A DNA stretch of 64,000 bases. Origin: an uncultured bacterium. Lineage in GTDB: Bacteria; Patescibacteriota; Minisyncoccia; Phycocordibacterales; CAIZLB01. The notes beneath the pieces are model-generated. The model saw nothing but the letters and a program-made list of their open reading frames with translations. It did no database searches and was not told the DNA's origin. The position numbers were made by a program, and so were the translations under genes. Location of the stretch: assembly GCA_903936565.1 (NCBI GenBank), contig CAIZVZ010000012.1:3778-67777 (forward strand), written 5' to 3'. This document shows positions 10,035 to 20,307 of the stretch, piece after piece (position 1 is the stretch's first letter; each line of letters opens with the position of its first letter).

Positions 10035-11918
10035 ATGTCATCAGCTGCTCAAACAATTAAAGAAAGGCTCGGTATCGCAGATGTTATTGGAGCTTACATA
10101 AAAATTGAAAAGACAGGCGCAAATTACAAGGCGCGCTGTCCTTTTCATAATGAAAAAACTCCATCTTTCTTTATCTCACCCGCAAGGAATAATTATTATT
10201 GTTTTGGATGTGGAGCCAAGGGGGATATTTTTACCTTCGTAGAGGAATTTGAAAAAATTGATTTCCTTGGTGCGCTTAAAATCTTGGCTGAAAAGGCTGG
10301 GGTAGAACTTGCTCAATTTCAACATGACAGAAGTAAGGATTCCGAATTGGATAAGTTGCGTGCCGTCTTGGAGGTTGCAACCGTTTTCTATGAAGAGCAA
10401 CTAAATAAGAATCCATCAGCAAAATTTGCTCATGATTATTTGTTGGGTAGGGGATTAACAGAGGATACAATTTTAACCTGGAGAATTGGTCTCGCGTCGA
10501 ACGAATGGAGAGGACTAGGGGACTATCTTCGATCAAAGAATATTGGAAATACTGAAATGGAGAAGGTCGGCTTGATTAAACAAACCGGAACAAGTGTTTA
10601 TGATAGATTCCGAGAAAGAATAATGTTTCCACTTTTTGATTCGTCGGGAAGAGTGATTGGATATTCAGGGAGGTTTATAAAGTTTCCATTAGCGGAATCG
10701 TCGACTCCAACAACAGGTCAGCCAGGGACTTCCCAGTCGGCAGATGAAAATAGAGAACCACCAAAATATTTAAACAGCCCTGATGGTGTTTTGTTTAATA
10801 AATCAGAAATTCTTTACGGGTATCATCGAGCCAAGGAGGGAATAAGAAAATTCGGATATGCAATATTAGTTGAAGGTCAACTTGATATGCTAATGGCGCA
10901 TCAAGCAGGATTCAATAATACAGTTGCAACATCTGGAACATCACTTACTGCACTTCATTTGGAAAAGATAAAAAGACTGACTGATAACACCATGATTGTT
11001 TATGATGCTGATAAAGCGGGACTTAAGGCATCACTGCGAGCATGGGAGTTGGCATTGTCACTGGGGATGGATGTGAAGATTGCCGCGCTTCCAAAAGGGG
11101 AAGATCCTGCATCACTAATTTTGAGCGATAAAGAAAAATTCAAATCATGCTTGAAAAATGCAAAGCATATTATTGATTTTTATCTTGATATATTGGAGAG
11201 AGAAGGGCTAACAGGAAGAGAATTGTGGAAAGCGGTTGAGGTTGAAGTTCTCCCTTACGTTCTGGCGATAGAGAGTTCAATTGATAGGGCGCACTTTATT
11301 AATAGAATTAGTATCAGAACTGATATTCATGAAGCAGATTTGAGAGCAGAGCTGGAGAGATTGATGGTAAAGATGAAGCAGACAGAAAAGAGTGGCCCAC
11401 AGAGCGGTTCATCGAATGGAGCTGGTGGCTCGACTAATCATGGTGATGATGGTCGTGGTGGAAATGAGACTGTCTCTGATCATTCAATAATCAAAGGAGT
11501 CGATGAACTTAGTGATAGTGACAAGAAGACACTAGATCGATTAATAGGCCTGATTCTATGGCTTAAAGACTCATCCAATTTGGCTAAGTCGGAGGAGGTG
11601 GGGAAGAGGGCTGAAACTTTCTTGGATAAGTTTAGTAAAAACTATTTCAACGAGAGAATATCAACTTCCCCTACGGAGCTTTCATTTGAAGCAGAAGTTT
11701 TATTCGCTGGTAGTTCTAAGCTTGATGCAGATATTGAAGAATTATTATTAGAAATTGAAGAGCGTGCGTTAAAACAAACTCTCTCAGTTTTGATGAATAA
11801 TTTAAACAAGATGGAAAAATTACAAAAGAGAGAAGAGGCAATGGAAATTTTGAAAGAGTGCCAAACTATTTCTCTAAAATTATCAGACGTGCAAAGAAAA
11901 AAGAAATTGTATGGATAA
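10035..11918 (+). CDS. dnaG: DNA primase
   Basis: CHC2 Zn finger CPFH..CFGC, PKYLNSP, and TOPRIM motifs VEGQLD and YDADKAG. Confidence 0.97.
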   Translation: MSSAAQTIKERLGIADVIGAYIKIEKTGANYKARCPFHNEKTPSFFISPARNNYYCFGCGAKGDIFTFVEEFEKIDFLGALKILAEKAGVELAQFQHDRSKDSELDKLRAVLEVATVFYEEQLNKNPSAKFAHDYLLGRGLTEDTILTWRIGLASNEWRGLGDYLRSKNIGNTEMEKVGLIKQTGTSVYDRFRERIMFPLFDSSGRVIGYSGRFIKFPLAESSTPTTGQPGTSQSADENREPPKYLNSPDGVLFNKSEILYGYHRAKEGIRKFGYAILVEGQLDMLMAHQAGFNNTVATSGTSLTALHLEKIKRLTDNTMIVYDADKAGLKASLRAWELALSLGMDVKIAALPKGEDPASLILSDKEKFKSCLKNAKHIIDFYLDILEREGLTGRELWKAVEVEVLPYVLAIESSIDRAHFINRISIRTDIHEADLRAELERLMVKMKQTEKSGPQSGSSNGAGGSTNHGDDGRGGNETVSDHSIIKGVDELSDSDKKTLDRLIGLILWLKDSSNLAKSEEVGKRAETFLDKFSKNYFNERISTSPTELSFEAEVLFAGSSKLDADIEELLLEIEERALKQTLSVLMNNLNKMEKLQKREEAMEILKECQTISLKLSDVQRKKKLYG

Positions 11919-11997
11919 TAAATTAGAGGCCTGAAAAACAATTGAGGGCTGGAAAATTTATTATATTATGATATGATTTCTGTAAACAAATGGTGTT

Positions 11998-13452
11998 ATG
12001 CCAAAGAATGCAAAAAATAAAAAATTGAATAAGGTTGCAACTAAAAGCGCTACAAAAAAAAGCGTCATAAAAACAAAAACTGTTTTAAAAAATAAGATAA
12101 AGGTGTCAAAGGGGACAAAATCTGTTTCAAATAAAAATACAAACAAAAGCAAAGATAAAAATAAAAATTTAAATAATAAAAACTTGATTAAAAAAACTTC
12201 TAAAGCAACAAAGAAAGAAATAAAAAAGGTGGATAAAAAACCTGCTAAGGTAGCAAAGGTGGTACCTGCAAAAAAGGCTCCAGCACCGAAAAAGGAAAAG
12301 GTTAAAAAAGTTGCCGTCAAGGTTTTGAAAAAGACAGATAAGTCTGCTTTTCATTCGACTCACACTGGTGCAAAAAACAAAACTAGCACTTGGGAAGAGA
12401 GAGCTGCTATTTTGCTAACCCGTGGACGCGATAGAGGTTTCGTTACTTACGATGAGATTCTGAAAGAATTTCCAAATATTGAAGAGGATATAATGTTCTT
12501 GGATGTTTTGTATGAGAAATTACAAACAGCGGGAATCGATGTTCTTGAAGGTGGAGGAATGCTTGATGTAAACAATCAAGAAGATAATTTGTTGAAGAAA
12601 TATGCAATCAGTAAAAATGATTCAAATTATGATTCAATTCAAATGTATCTTAAGGAGATTGGACAATACCCACTTATCAATGGTTCTGAAGAAAAAGAAC
12701 TGGCAAAAAGAATTGCAAATGGAGATAAAGAGGCGGAAGGATTACTTGCAAAAGCAAACCTTCGTCTTGTTGTTTCTATTGCTAAAAAATATGCAAACAG
12801 AAGTCCTGATCTTACACTTCTAGACTTGATTCAAGAGGGAAATATAGGCTTATTTAAGGCCGTAGATAAGTTCGACTGGTCCAAGGGATTTAAATTTTCA
12901 ACTTATGCAACATGGTGGATTAGACAATCAATCACTCGTGCACTTGCCGATCAATCGAGAACAATTAGGGTTCCAGTTCACATGGTTGAGACAATCGCAA
13001 AGTATAAACAAGTTTTGAGAAGACTAACACAAGACTTGGGCCGTGATCCATTGCCAGAGGAAATCGCAATGGAAATGGGAATTGATGTCGAGAAGATTTA
13101 TACAATTGAGAAAATTGATCAGACAACAGTTTCTCTTGATGCATCGGTTGGAGATGATGATGATAAGTCAACGTTTGGAGACTTTATTCCGGATGATAAA
13201 ATTTTATCACCCGATCAAGAGGCGTCACGCAGAATCTTGGCTGATCAGGTTAAGGAAATTCTTGGTGATCTATCAGAGAAGGAGCGTGAGATTCTAATGT
13301 TGCGTCACGGTCTTGCTGATGGAATTCAGCACACATTGGAAGAGGTTGGAAAAATGTTTGGTGTGACTCGTGAACGTATTAGACAAATTGAAGCAAAGGC
13401 TCATGAGAAGATTAGACAACATGATAAGGTAAATAGATTGAAGAACTATTAA
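11998..13452 (+). CDS. rpoD: Primary sigma70 factor with Lys-rich N-terminal extension
   Basis: [35 protein letters not shown] and [12 protein letters not shown]. Confidence 0.97.
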   Translation: MPKNAKNKKLNKVATKSATKKSVIKTKTVLKNKIKVSKGTKSVSNKNTNKSKDKNKNLNNKNLIKKTSKATKKEIKKVDKKPAKVAKVVPAKKAPAPKKEKVKKVAVKVLKKTDKSAFHSTHTGAKNKTSTWEERAAILLTRGRDRGFVTYDEILKEFPNIEEDIMFLDVLYEKLQTAGIDVLEGGGMLDVNNQEDNLLKKYAISKNDSNYDSIQMYLKEIGQYPLINGSEEKELAKRIANGDKEAEGLLAKANLRLVVSIAKKYANRSPDLTLLDLIQEGNIGLFKAVDKFDWSKGFKFSTYATWWIRQSITRALADQSRTIRVPVHMVETIAKYKQVLRRLTQDLGRDPLPEEIAMEMGIDVEKIYTIEKIDQTTVSLDASVGDDDDKSTFGDFIPDDKILSPDQEASRRILADQVKEILGDLSEKEREILMLRHGLADGIQHTLEEVGKMFGVTRERIRQIEAKAHEKIRQHDKVNRLKNY

Positions 13453-13517
13453 AATATTATCTTAAGTTTTTTTTGGGTTTGATTTTTAAGCATTCAGTAT
13501 AAAAAAAGAGAGAAGTG

Positions 13518-13549
13518 AAAAGGCCGGCCCGCGATTGCGGTCCGGCCTT
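13518..13549 (-). terminator. GC-rich hairpin terminator of orphan 13598..14161
   Basis: AAGGCCGG-CCCGCGATTGCGGT-CCGGCCTT with an A run on + (T run on -). Confidence 0.6.
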
Positions 13550-13597
13550 GCTCGTTGGGCGGAGCGGATTGTTGGTAAACTAAGGAAGCGGGGTATC

Positions 13598-14161
13598 CTA
13601 ACTTCCTGCAACAAATCTTGCTAGTCGAACCCACCACGGCGGCTGGGTTTGTCTGGTGGTTTCCACGACAATGAAGGAGAGACCGACCCCTGAGGATTCG
13701 TTCTTGTCCATATCTTCCTTAGTTACCCTGATGACGGTATATCCATCGCAGACATCAAAGTGGATAGGTTCAAACTGTTGCCCCTCGTCGCAGAGATTCA
13801 GGTAAATCTCAAGTCGCAACAATTGGCTGATAAGCTTGAACCATTCTTCTTTGGATAAATAAGTTTGGACAAGCCGCTTGATGATCCCCAAAAGGGCAGC
13901 ACAATTGCAGTTACCGGAGCGGCAGGTTGCGATTCGCTGCTCCTCTCTTTTGTTGATCTCGGCTCCCAATCGATTGAGTTCCGTGAGCAAATTATGCCTG
14001 TAGTGATACAAGCGGACAAGTCGATCGAGGTGAGAGAAGGATCCGATGATATCATCTTTGCCCTCCTTAGCTTGTCGGAGATCAAGTGATTTGGGGTCAC
14101 TGATGTCCACCTTAGCCAGTATTGCTTCAAGGCTTTTTGTGTCTGTGCTTTCGTGATTCAT
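13598..14161 (-). CDS. Orphan hypothetical protein (helical/coiled-coil, CRSGNCNC)
   Basis: 187-aa ORF with its own promoter and terminator. Confidence 0.6.
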   Translation of the reverse strand: MNHESTDTKSLEAILAKVDISDPKSLDLRQAKEGKDDIIGSFSHLDRLVRLYHYRHNLLTELNRLGAEINKREEQRIATCRSGNCNCAALLGIIKRLVQTYLSKEEWFKLISQLLRLEIYLNLCDEGQQFEPIHFDVCDGYTVIRVTKEDMDKNESSGVGLSFIVVETTRQTQPPWWVRLARFVAGS

Positions 14162-14270
14162 GATTTCAATCTGTGGGGTGTAGTTTTACTCAATAGGTTA
14201 TTCGGTATTCACAAAAAAACAAATCAGCCCTATGCTGACCGCTTGAATTGTAAGGAACCGACTTGAATGG

Positions 14271-14299
14271 AATATAACATTGTATTTAGTATATGTCAA
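14271..14299 (-). promoter_or_regulatory. Sigma70 promoter for 13598..14161
   Basis: On minus strand TTGACA-17 nt-TATATT, with TG extended -10. Confidence 0.65.
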
Positions 14300-14347
14300 C
14301 GGTATGGTATTTGTGAAAAAAACAATGGTAACTGCTATAATCTAACT

Positions 14348-17300
14348 ATGAATAAAGTAAATCCTGCACAAAGTAAGTTTGAGGAGAGATATGGTAAGCT
14401 AAATAAGCAGCAGAAGAAGGCTGTGGATACCATTGATGGACCACTATTGGTTGTTGCTGGTCCCGGCTCGGGAAAGACAGAAATACTTTCACTTCGCGTG
14501 GCAAAGATTCTAAAAGAGACCCAGGTCTTGCCATCCAATATTTTGTGTATGACATTCACGGACGCCGCTTCATCAAATATGAGAGATCGTTTGTCACGCT
14601 TGATTGGTAACGAAGCGTACAGAGTTTCTATTCACACTTTCCACAGCTTCTGTATAAACATCATTCAAAAATATCCAGAATATTTTTATAAAGGTATACA
14701 ATTTACCCCCGCCGATTCTTTGACCCAAGTTAGGATTCTTGAAGATATTTTCTATGGATTGCCTCAAGGTAATACATTCCGCGATAGCTATCATGAAGAA
14801 AAAGGTTTTTCATATCTATCTGATGCCAAAAAGCGAATAGAGCATCTCAAAAAATCTGGAATCACACCAGATGAGTTCAGAAAGATTATTGCACACAACA
14901 AGCGGTCGGCGCGTCGAGCAGAAAAAATAGTTGTTCCTGCATTCGAAGGTCGTCTCGGAAAGGATGCCTTGGAGCTTGTTAAAAACACAGTGGCGGAATT
15001 GTTCAAGGCAGCAGAGCTGGAGAATAAAGAGGATCCATTCCCACAGGAGAATTCAATATTTTTACCAATTCTTGCATCCTATGCAAACTCACTTCAGGGT
15101 ACACATGCTGATGCAATAGCGGATGATGGAAAAAATACCCAAATCTCAACTTGGAAAACAAAGTATTTAAAGATGCGAGACGATGGTACAAAAACTCTCA
15201 AGGAAATATTAGATGAAGATAAAATGGATGTATTGGCTGATGTTTATGATTTATATCGAAAGAAGATGACGAGCAAAGCATTCTTTGACTTCGACGATAT
15301 GATTCTTGATGCTATTGAAGCGATAGAGAAGCATCCTCGTTTGAAATTCGAATTACAAGAGCAATATCAATATGTTTTAGTGGATGAGTTTCAGGATACA
15401 AATAACGCCCAGATGAAGTTGGTTAATTTGATTTTGAATGCACCAGTGAACGAGGGGCGTCCAAACGTGATGGTTGTGGGTGATGACGATCAGGCAGTCT
15501 ATAAATTCCAGGGTGCTGAGCTTTCAAATATTCTAAATTTTAGAAGAATGTTCGTCGATGTTGAAATTGTCACAATGACTGATAATTATAGATCAACTCA
15601 AGATGTGCTAGATATCGCAACTCACATAATCAGAAAGGGAAGTGGGCGACTTGAAACACTCTATAAAATTGAAAAAAGTTTGAAATCATTAGGTGAGGGA
15701 TTGACTAATGGGGAGATTGTAAATAAAAAATTTAGAACTTCATTAGAAGAATATCATTTTATATCTAGAAAAATAAAGGAATTAATTGACGGTGGAACGA
15801 ACCCAGAAGATATTGCCGTGATTGCAAGAAAGCATGATGGTTTGGAAAGTTTGGTGCCTTACTTGAAGGGGGTACATGTTCCGATTAGATACAAACGCGA
15901 GCAAGATGTTTTCCTAGAGCCCCATATAATGCAGATAATTATTATTTCGAGATTCATCGCAAGTCTATCGCGCAAGGATGCAATTGAAGCTGATAATTAT
16001 TTGCCACAGATTTTGAGTTTCCCATTTTGGCAATTAGGTCGGCAAACTGTTTGGGAGATTTCCAAGGAGGCATACGAGACAAGAAAGACTTGGCTTGAAG
16101 TTATGTTGGAATACAAGGGCGATTCTATAAAGGCACCTCATAAGGTTTCTGACATAGCACATTTTCTAATTGATATTGCAAATAAGTCATTACATGAACC
16201 GCTTGAAAAAGTTTTGGATATTATAATTGGAGCGCACGTTGTGTTGGTGGCGGAGAGCGAGGATGACTTTGAGGATGATGGGGTTGGTGCCGCAGGACCC
16301 GCAGTACCCGCAGGAGCCAAGGCACAAATTGCCTCACCATTCAAGGACTATTATTTTAATAAAGAAAAGTTTGAGCACTCAAGAACGGAATATCTCTCAT
16401 TTCTTTCGAGTCTTCGGGTGTTTATTCGTGCCCTTCGTGATTATGTCGGCGAGCGTGCATTGAACGATGATACTATCTTGAGTGGAGATTTGAATGATGT
16501 AAGTTATCATTATCTTACAATAGAAGACCTAATAAAATTTGTAGATCTTAGACAAAAGAATCATTTGCCGTTAAATGATGAGAGTCCATTTGCAAGTGGA
16601 GAAAAAGCAGTGAACCTTCTTTCATCACATGGTGCGAAGGGGCTGGAGTTTGATACCGTGTTTGTTCTTTCTTGCCAGGATAATATTTGGGCAGGCAGAG
16701 GGGTAAATAATAAAATATCATTTCCAATCAACCTACCAATTCAGCCAGCTGGAGACGATGAGACAGATCAAATGAGATTGTTTTATGTTGCATTAACTCG
16801 TGCAAAGCGACATCTATATTTAACATCGTATAAAATTGCAGAGACTGGAAAGGAGTCCTCAATCCTTCGATTCATGCTTCCATCTAATGATTTTGATTAT
16901 AAAAAGTCACCAGCAGTTTTGGAAAAATTATATAATCCAGAAGATCAATCAATTGATGATAATGGTCCAGAGACGCATGAGCTTCTGACAGCATCATGGT
17001 TGTTGTATAACACACCTCCATTTTTTGGTGAAGAAATTGAGCTATTAAAGATTCCTCTTAAGGATTACAAATTATCGGTTACTCACCTTAATAACTTCTT
17101 GGATGTTAAAAGGGGTGGTCCTCAGACATTTTTGGAACAGAACCTTCTCCGATTTCCTCAGGCGAAAACTTTGGTCAGCTCATACGGGTCAACAATTCAC
17201 AAGGCAATAGAGCGTTTAATTGTTTCTAAAAAGATAGGTAAGGATGTTGGAGAATTAGATGAGGAAGGGAATATTGTTTCTTTTAGTGACTCTTTGCCTG

Positions 17301-18016
17301 ACCTTGATGATGTTAAATCTGTCGATAAATCTAATAAGCATTCAGAAAAGCAAAAACTAATAAAATGGTTTGAAACAGCCCTTAGAAAAGAGAGGATGTC
17401 ATCAAGGGATTATGAATATTATAGACAAAAGGGAGAAGAGTCACTTTCTGCTTTTTATGATCAAAAGAGCGAGGACTTCACTGGTGACGATTTGTCCGAA
17501 GTTGATTTTAGGAATGAAGGGGTTGTGATTACAGATGAGCAAAATAGAATGGCACACCTAACTGGAAAGATAGATAAAATATTCAAAAATCAAAATCACG
17601 AATATGAAGTTGTGGATTTCAAAACTGGTAAGGCTGAATTTAGCTGGCAGTCGAGTGATGAAGACAAGAAAATTAAATTAAACAACTATAGAAGACAATT
17701 AGTCTTTTATAAGTTATTAATGGAAAACTCGGCGAGATATAAAAATTCAAAGGTTTCCAAAGGGCTGCTTCAGTTCGTTGAACCAATTAAAGAAACTACA
17801 GAGAAGGGGACAATGAAAAATAAAATAATTGGACTTGATTTGGACTTGAAAAATTTAAACGATGAGGAGCTGGGTGATGAGTATGAAAGATTGAAAAAGC
17901 TAGTCTGTATTGTCTATGACAAAATAATGAATTTGGATTTTCCAGATGTTACTTCTTATGACCCAAGTCTTAAGGGAATTAGAGCTTTTGAAGATTGGCT
18001 GTTGGAGGGGAATTAA
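14348..18016 (+). CDS. UvrD/PcrA-like SF1 helicase fused to a C-terminal PD-(D/E)XK nuclease (AddA/AdnB-like)
   Basis: AGPGSGKT, LVDEFQDTN, VGDDDQAVY, NYRS, HGAKGLEF, LFYVALTRA; C-terminal GKIDKI..VVDFKTG..QLVFY. Start chosen at the ATG following TGCTATAAT. Confidence 0.9.
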   Translation: MNKVNPAQSKFEERYGKLNKQQKKAVDTIDGPLLVVAGPGSGKTEILSLRVAKILKETQVLPSNILCMTFTDAASSNMRDRLSRLIGNEAYRVSIHTFHSFCINIIQKYPEYFYKGIQFTPADSLTQVRILEDIFYGLPQGNTFRDSYHEEKGFSYLSDAKKRIEHLKKSGITPDEFRKIIAHNKRSARRAEKIVVPAFEGRLGKDALELVKNTVAELFKAAELENKEDPFPQENSIFLPILASYANSLQGTHADAIADDGKNTQISTWKTKYLKMRDDGTKTLKEILDEDKMDVLADVYDLYRKKMTSKAFFDFDDMILDAIEAIEKHPRLKFELQEQYQYVLVDEFQDTNNAQMKLVNLILNAPVNEGRPNVMVVGDDDQAVYKFQGAELSNILNFRRMFVDVEIVTMTDNYRSTQDVLDIATHIIRKGSGRLETLYKIEKSLKSLGEGLTNGEIVNKKFRTSLEEYHFISRKIKELIDGGTNPEDIAVIARKHDGLESLVPYLKGVHVPIRYKREQDVFLEPHIMQIIIISRFIASLSRKDAIEADNYLPQILSFPFWQLGRQTVWEISKEAYETRKTWLEVMLEYKGDSIKAPHKVSDIAHFLIDIANKSLHEPLEKVLDIIIGAHVVLVAESEDDFEDDGVGAAGPAVPAGAKAQIASPFKDYYFNKEKFEHSRTEYLSFLSSLRVFIRALRDYVGERALNDDTILSGDLNDVSYHYLTIEDLIKFVDLRQKNHLPLNDESPFASGEKAVNLLSSHGAKGLEFDTVFVLSCQDNIWAGRGVNNKISFPINLPIQPAGDDETDQMRLFYVALTRAKRHLYLTSYKIAETGKESSILRFMLPSNDFDYKKSPAVLEKLYNPEDQSIDDNGPETHELLTASWLLYNTPPFFGEEIELLKIPLKDYKLSVTHLNNFLDVKRGGPQTFLEQNLLRFPQAKTLVSSYGSTIHKAIERLIVSKKIGKDVGELDEEGNIVSFSDSLPDLDDVKSVDKSNKHSEKQKLIKWFETALRKERMSSRDYEYYRQKGEESLSAFYDQKSEDFTGDDLSEVDFRNEGVVITDEQNRMAHLTGKIDKIFKNQNHEYEVVDFKTGKAEFSWQSSDEDKKIKLNNYRRQLVFYKLLMENSARYKNSKVSKGLLQFVEPIKETTEKGTMKNKIIGLDLDLKNLNDEELGDEYERLKKLVCIVYDKIMNLDFPDVTSYDPSLKGIRAFEDWLLEGN

Positions 18017-18094
18017 TTTAGTTAAAAACAAAACCCAAAACTTTTTAAATTTTGGATTTTATTTGCCCGAACATTTATTTAATTGTAGCAAATG

Positions 18095-18781
18095 CTATTT
18101 CACCGAATCAACTGCCTTTTGCAACTCTGATTCCTGAACTGCACCTTGAGTGTAGGTTGAACCCTTTGGTCCGACGAAGATTACAGTAGGGGTTGCATAA
18201 ACACTCAGTCCTTGCGCATCCTTTGCGTCTGATTCAATTGTTGCGGCGTATGCTGGATTGGCAGAATCTGTTTTCAGCTTCGCAACATCCATTCCAAGTG
18301 ACTCTGCGTATTTTATAAAGAAGGGAATATAGTCTACCCCAGTCTTAGACCACTCTTGTTGATTCTTGAAAACTAGGCTTGAATATTCCTTAAACTTCCC
18401 CTGTGCGATAGATGCGTATACTAGCTTGGCTTCTTCTTTTGATTGTGCGTGAATTGGAATAGTTCTGTAAACATATTTGATGGTTGGATTATTCTTCAAT
18501 AGTTTCTCCATTTCAGGTTGTAGAACTGAACATGCAGGACATGCGTAGTCTGCAAATTCAACGATTGTAACTGATGAAGTACTTAAGCTTGAGTCCTTTG
18601 TTAAGGATGCAATACCGTTTTCTATCATCGGACTCCCTGCTTTTATTAGAAGCTCCGGCTTAATAATTGGTTTTGGAATACCTGTTTGACCACCATTTTT
18701 TGCGGAGATATATAGTCCAGCTCCAACTACAATTATAGTCAGAATGGCTACCGCACTTATGAATTTTATTTCGCTCTTCAT
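18095..18781 (-). CDS. Membrane-anchored DsbA-family thiol-disulfide oxidoreductase
   Basis: N-terminal TM segment, EFADYACPAC and ATPT cis-Pro loop. Confidence 0.9.
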   Translation of the reverse strand: MKSEIKFISAVAILTIIVVGAGLYISAKNGGQTGIPKPIIKPELLIKAGSPMIENGIASLTKDSSLSTSSVTIVEFADYACPACSVLQPEMEKLLKNNPTIKYVYRTIPIHAQSKEEAKLVYASIAQGKFKEYSSLVFKNQQEWSKTGVDYIPFFIKYAESLGMDVAKLKTDSANPAYAATIESDAKDAQGLSVYATPTVIFVGPKGSTYTQGAVQESELQKAVDSVK

Positions 18782-18885
18782 GTATTTAAATTATTTATTA
18801 ATTATTATGCATATAATAATAACAAAAAAATGGAGGTCAAGCCCCGTTTTTTGCAAAAAAAGTGTGGTCTAATTTTAAGTAACAT

Positions 18886-18938
18886 AGAAGCCCCGCTTGA
18901 AAACGGTGGCGAGGTCACGCGCGGTGGGCGGGGCTTCT
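18886..18938 (-). terminator. Long interrupted GC hairpin after 18946..19473
   Basis: AGAAGCCCCGC...GCGGGGCTTCT outer stem. Confidence 0.5.
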
Positions 18939-18945
18939 CTGGTTT

Positions 18946-19473
18946 TCAGGCGGGGCTTGGGGCGAGATTTGGCTTATAATCCTCCGGTGGAGTTCCCCAC
19001 CAGCGAATATGTCTTCCTCGATCGAGCTTGCTCTTGTCGGTGGGTAAGATCCGTTTAATGAGGTCTTGTAGTGTGTTGTCTCGCACTGCACCATCTAACG
19101 TCATTGTAAACAGATTCGGATCGCCCAATCGCCCTAGGCAGGTAGCATCGTGTCCGTTCGTGGTGAGTACGACAAACGGGGTCGTTTCGCGACCCATAAT
19201 TTCGCGACCCCGTGCATATACTGCTTGTCCAACATGCTTATCGCCTTGAGCAAATTCATGTGCAAATCGACTTTTACCACAGGGTAGGTAGTCGCTTATG
19301 ATGACGATTACATAGCCAGTATCCTTTTTCTCCAAGTGTTGGAGGACTTGGTGTGCGTCGGCACAGATTACCCATTTGGGTGATTGGATAACGCTACCTA
19401 GTGAAGCGAGCGTGCTTGCAAAATACTGTTGGTCTAGTTTTGGGTGTGTTGCTATTAATACTGTTACTTTCAC
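18946..19473 (-). CDS. Degenerate stand-alone receiver (REC)-like protein
   Basis: Beta-alpha pattern KVTVLIA / VIVIISD / PFVVLTT; acidic pocket and Lys apparently lost. Confidence 0.45.
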   Translation of the reverse strand: MKVTVLIATHPKLDQQYFASTLASLGSVIQSPKWVICADAHQVLQHLEKKDTGYVIVIISDYLPCGKSRFAHEFAQGDKHVGQAVYARGREIMGRETTPFVVLTTNGHDATCLGRLGDPNLFTMTLDGAVRDNTLQDLIKRILPTDKSKLDRGRHIRWWGTPPEDYKPNLAPSPA

Positions 19474-19640
19474 TGCATCGTTCTTTCTGTGTTAGGGGTT
19501 GTTGATTAGAATTCTTCCGGACTGTCAATAAGTTTCTAGTCCAAGAAAAAGATTACCACGATTTAAAAGACTCTACAACAGTAATGTTTATGGTTAGGTG
19601 ATGTAAAAAGAAGGGTTTATATATAAAATCAGAAACAAAG

Positions 19641-19695
19641 AGACCCCGATCCAAACGGGGGAAGCGAGGCTCCTTTGGTTTGGGTTTCGGGGTTT
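19641..19695 (-). terminator. Long interrupted GC hairpin after 19796..20251
   Basis: ACCCCGA-CCAAAC...GTTTGG-TCGGGGT. Confidence 0.5.
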
Positions 19696-19795
19696 AATAG
19701 GTTGTGTTTGTTGGGCGTGGTGAATCTTATTGTTTTGATATTCCTGAGGCGGGGGTTATTCGAGAATCGCCTGGTAAGACGCCATGTTCGGGTTG

Positions 19796-20251
19796 TTAAA
19801 CTCTATTTGCTGGAAAGAAGTGTCTGACGGCTGCAATGATGCTGTCATCCATTGACGCTTCAGCTTTAGTTACCGCCAAATGATGGTCGGAACTTAACGC
19901 AGCTACGGATAAACGAACAAGTTCGCTGTGGTTTGTTGTAACCATGACTACGGGAACTTCTTTCGTTTGATCTTTCCTGCGAACCTGTTTGTAGATGTAC
20001 GCCCCGGTATCTAGGGATTTTCTGGCTCTTGGTGCATATTTGGGGATCCCCTTGTTATCGAGACGTCCATCGATGATGATGATGTCAAAAACAAAACGTC
20101 TCGAATTTACATACCTTAAAACTTTACCCGCGTCTCCACAGGTCGTGACACTAAAGTCAGGCTCTGCTTCGAGTCTGGCTTGGGTGTTTTCTGAATAGAA
20201 TCTGCCAGGCTCTTTGTCGTAAGCAAGCAGTATGTTAATTTTTCTGGGCAT
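19796..20251 (-). CDS. Stand-alone receiver-domain protein (atypical)
   Basis: KINILLAYD, FDIIIIDGRL, VPVVMVTT and VTKA fit REC motifs; start at MPRK. Confidence 0.6.
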   Translation of the reverse strand: MPRKINILLAYDKEPGRFYSENTQARLEAEPDFSVTTCGDAGKVLRYVNSRRFVFDIIIIDGRLDNKGIPKYAPRARKSLDTGAYIYKQVRRKDQTKEVPVVMVTTNHSELVRLSVAALSSDHHLAVTKAEASMDDSIIAAVRHFFPANRV

Positions 20252-20307
20252 TTTCTGACTATTTCTGGTTTGGGAACTGGACCACATTAGGAATAATTCC
20301 TAGTCCT

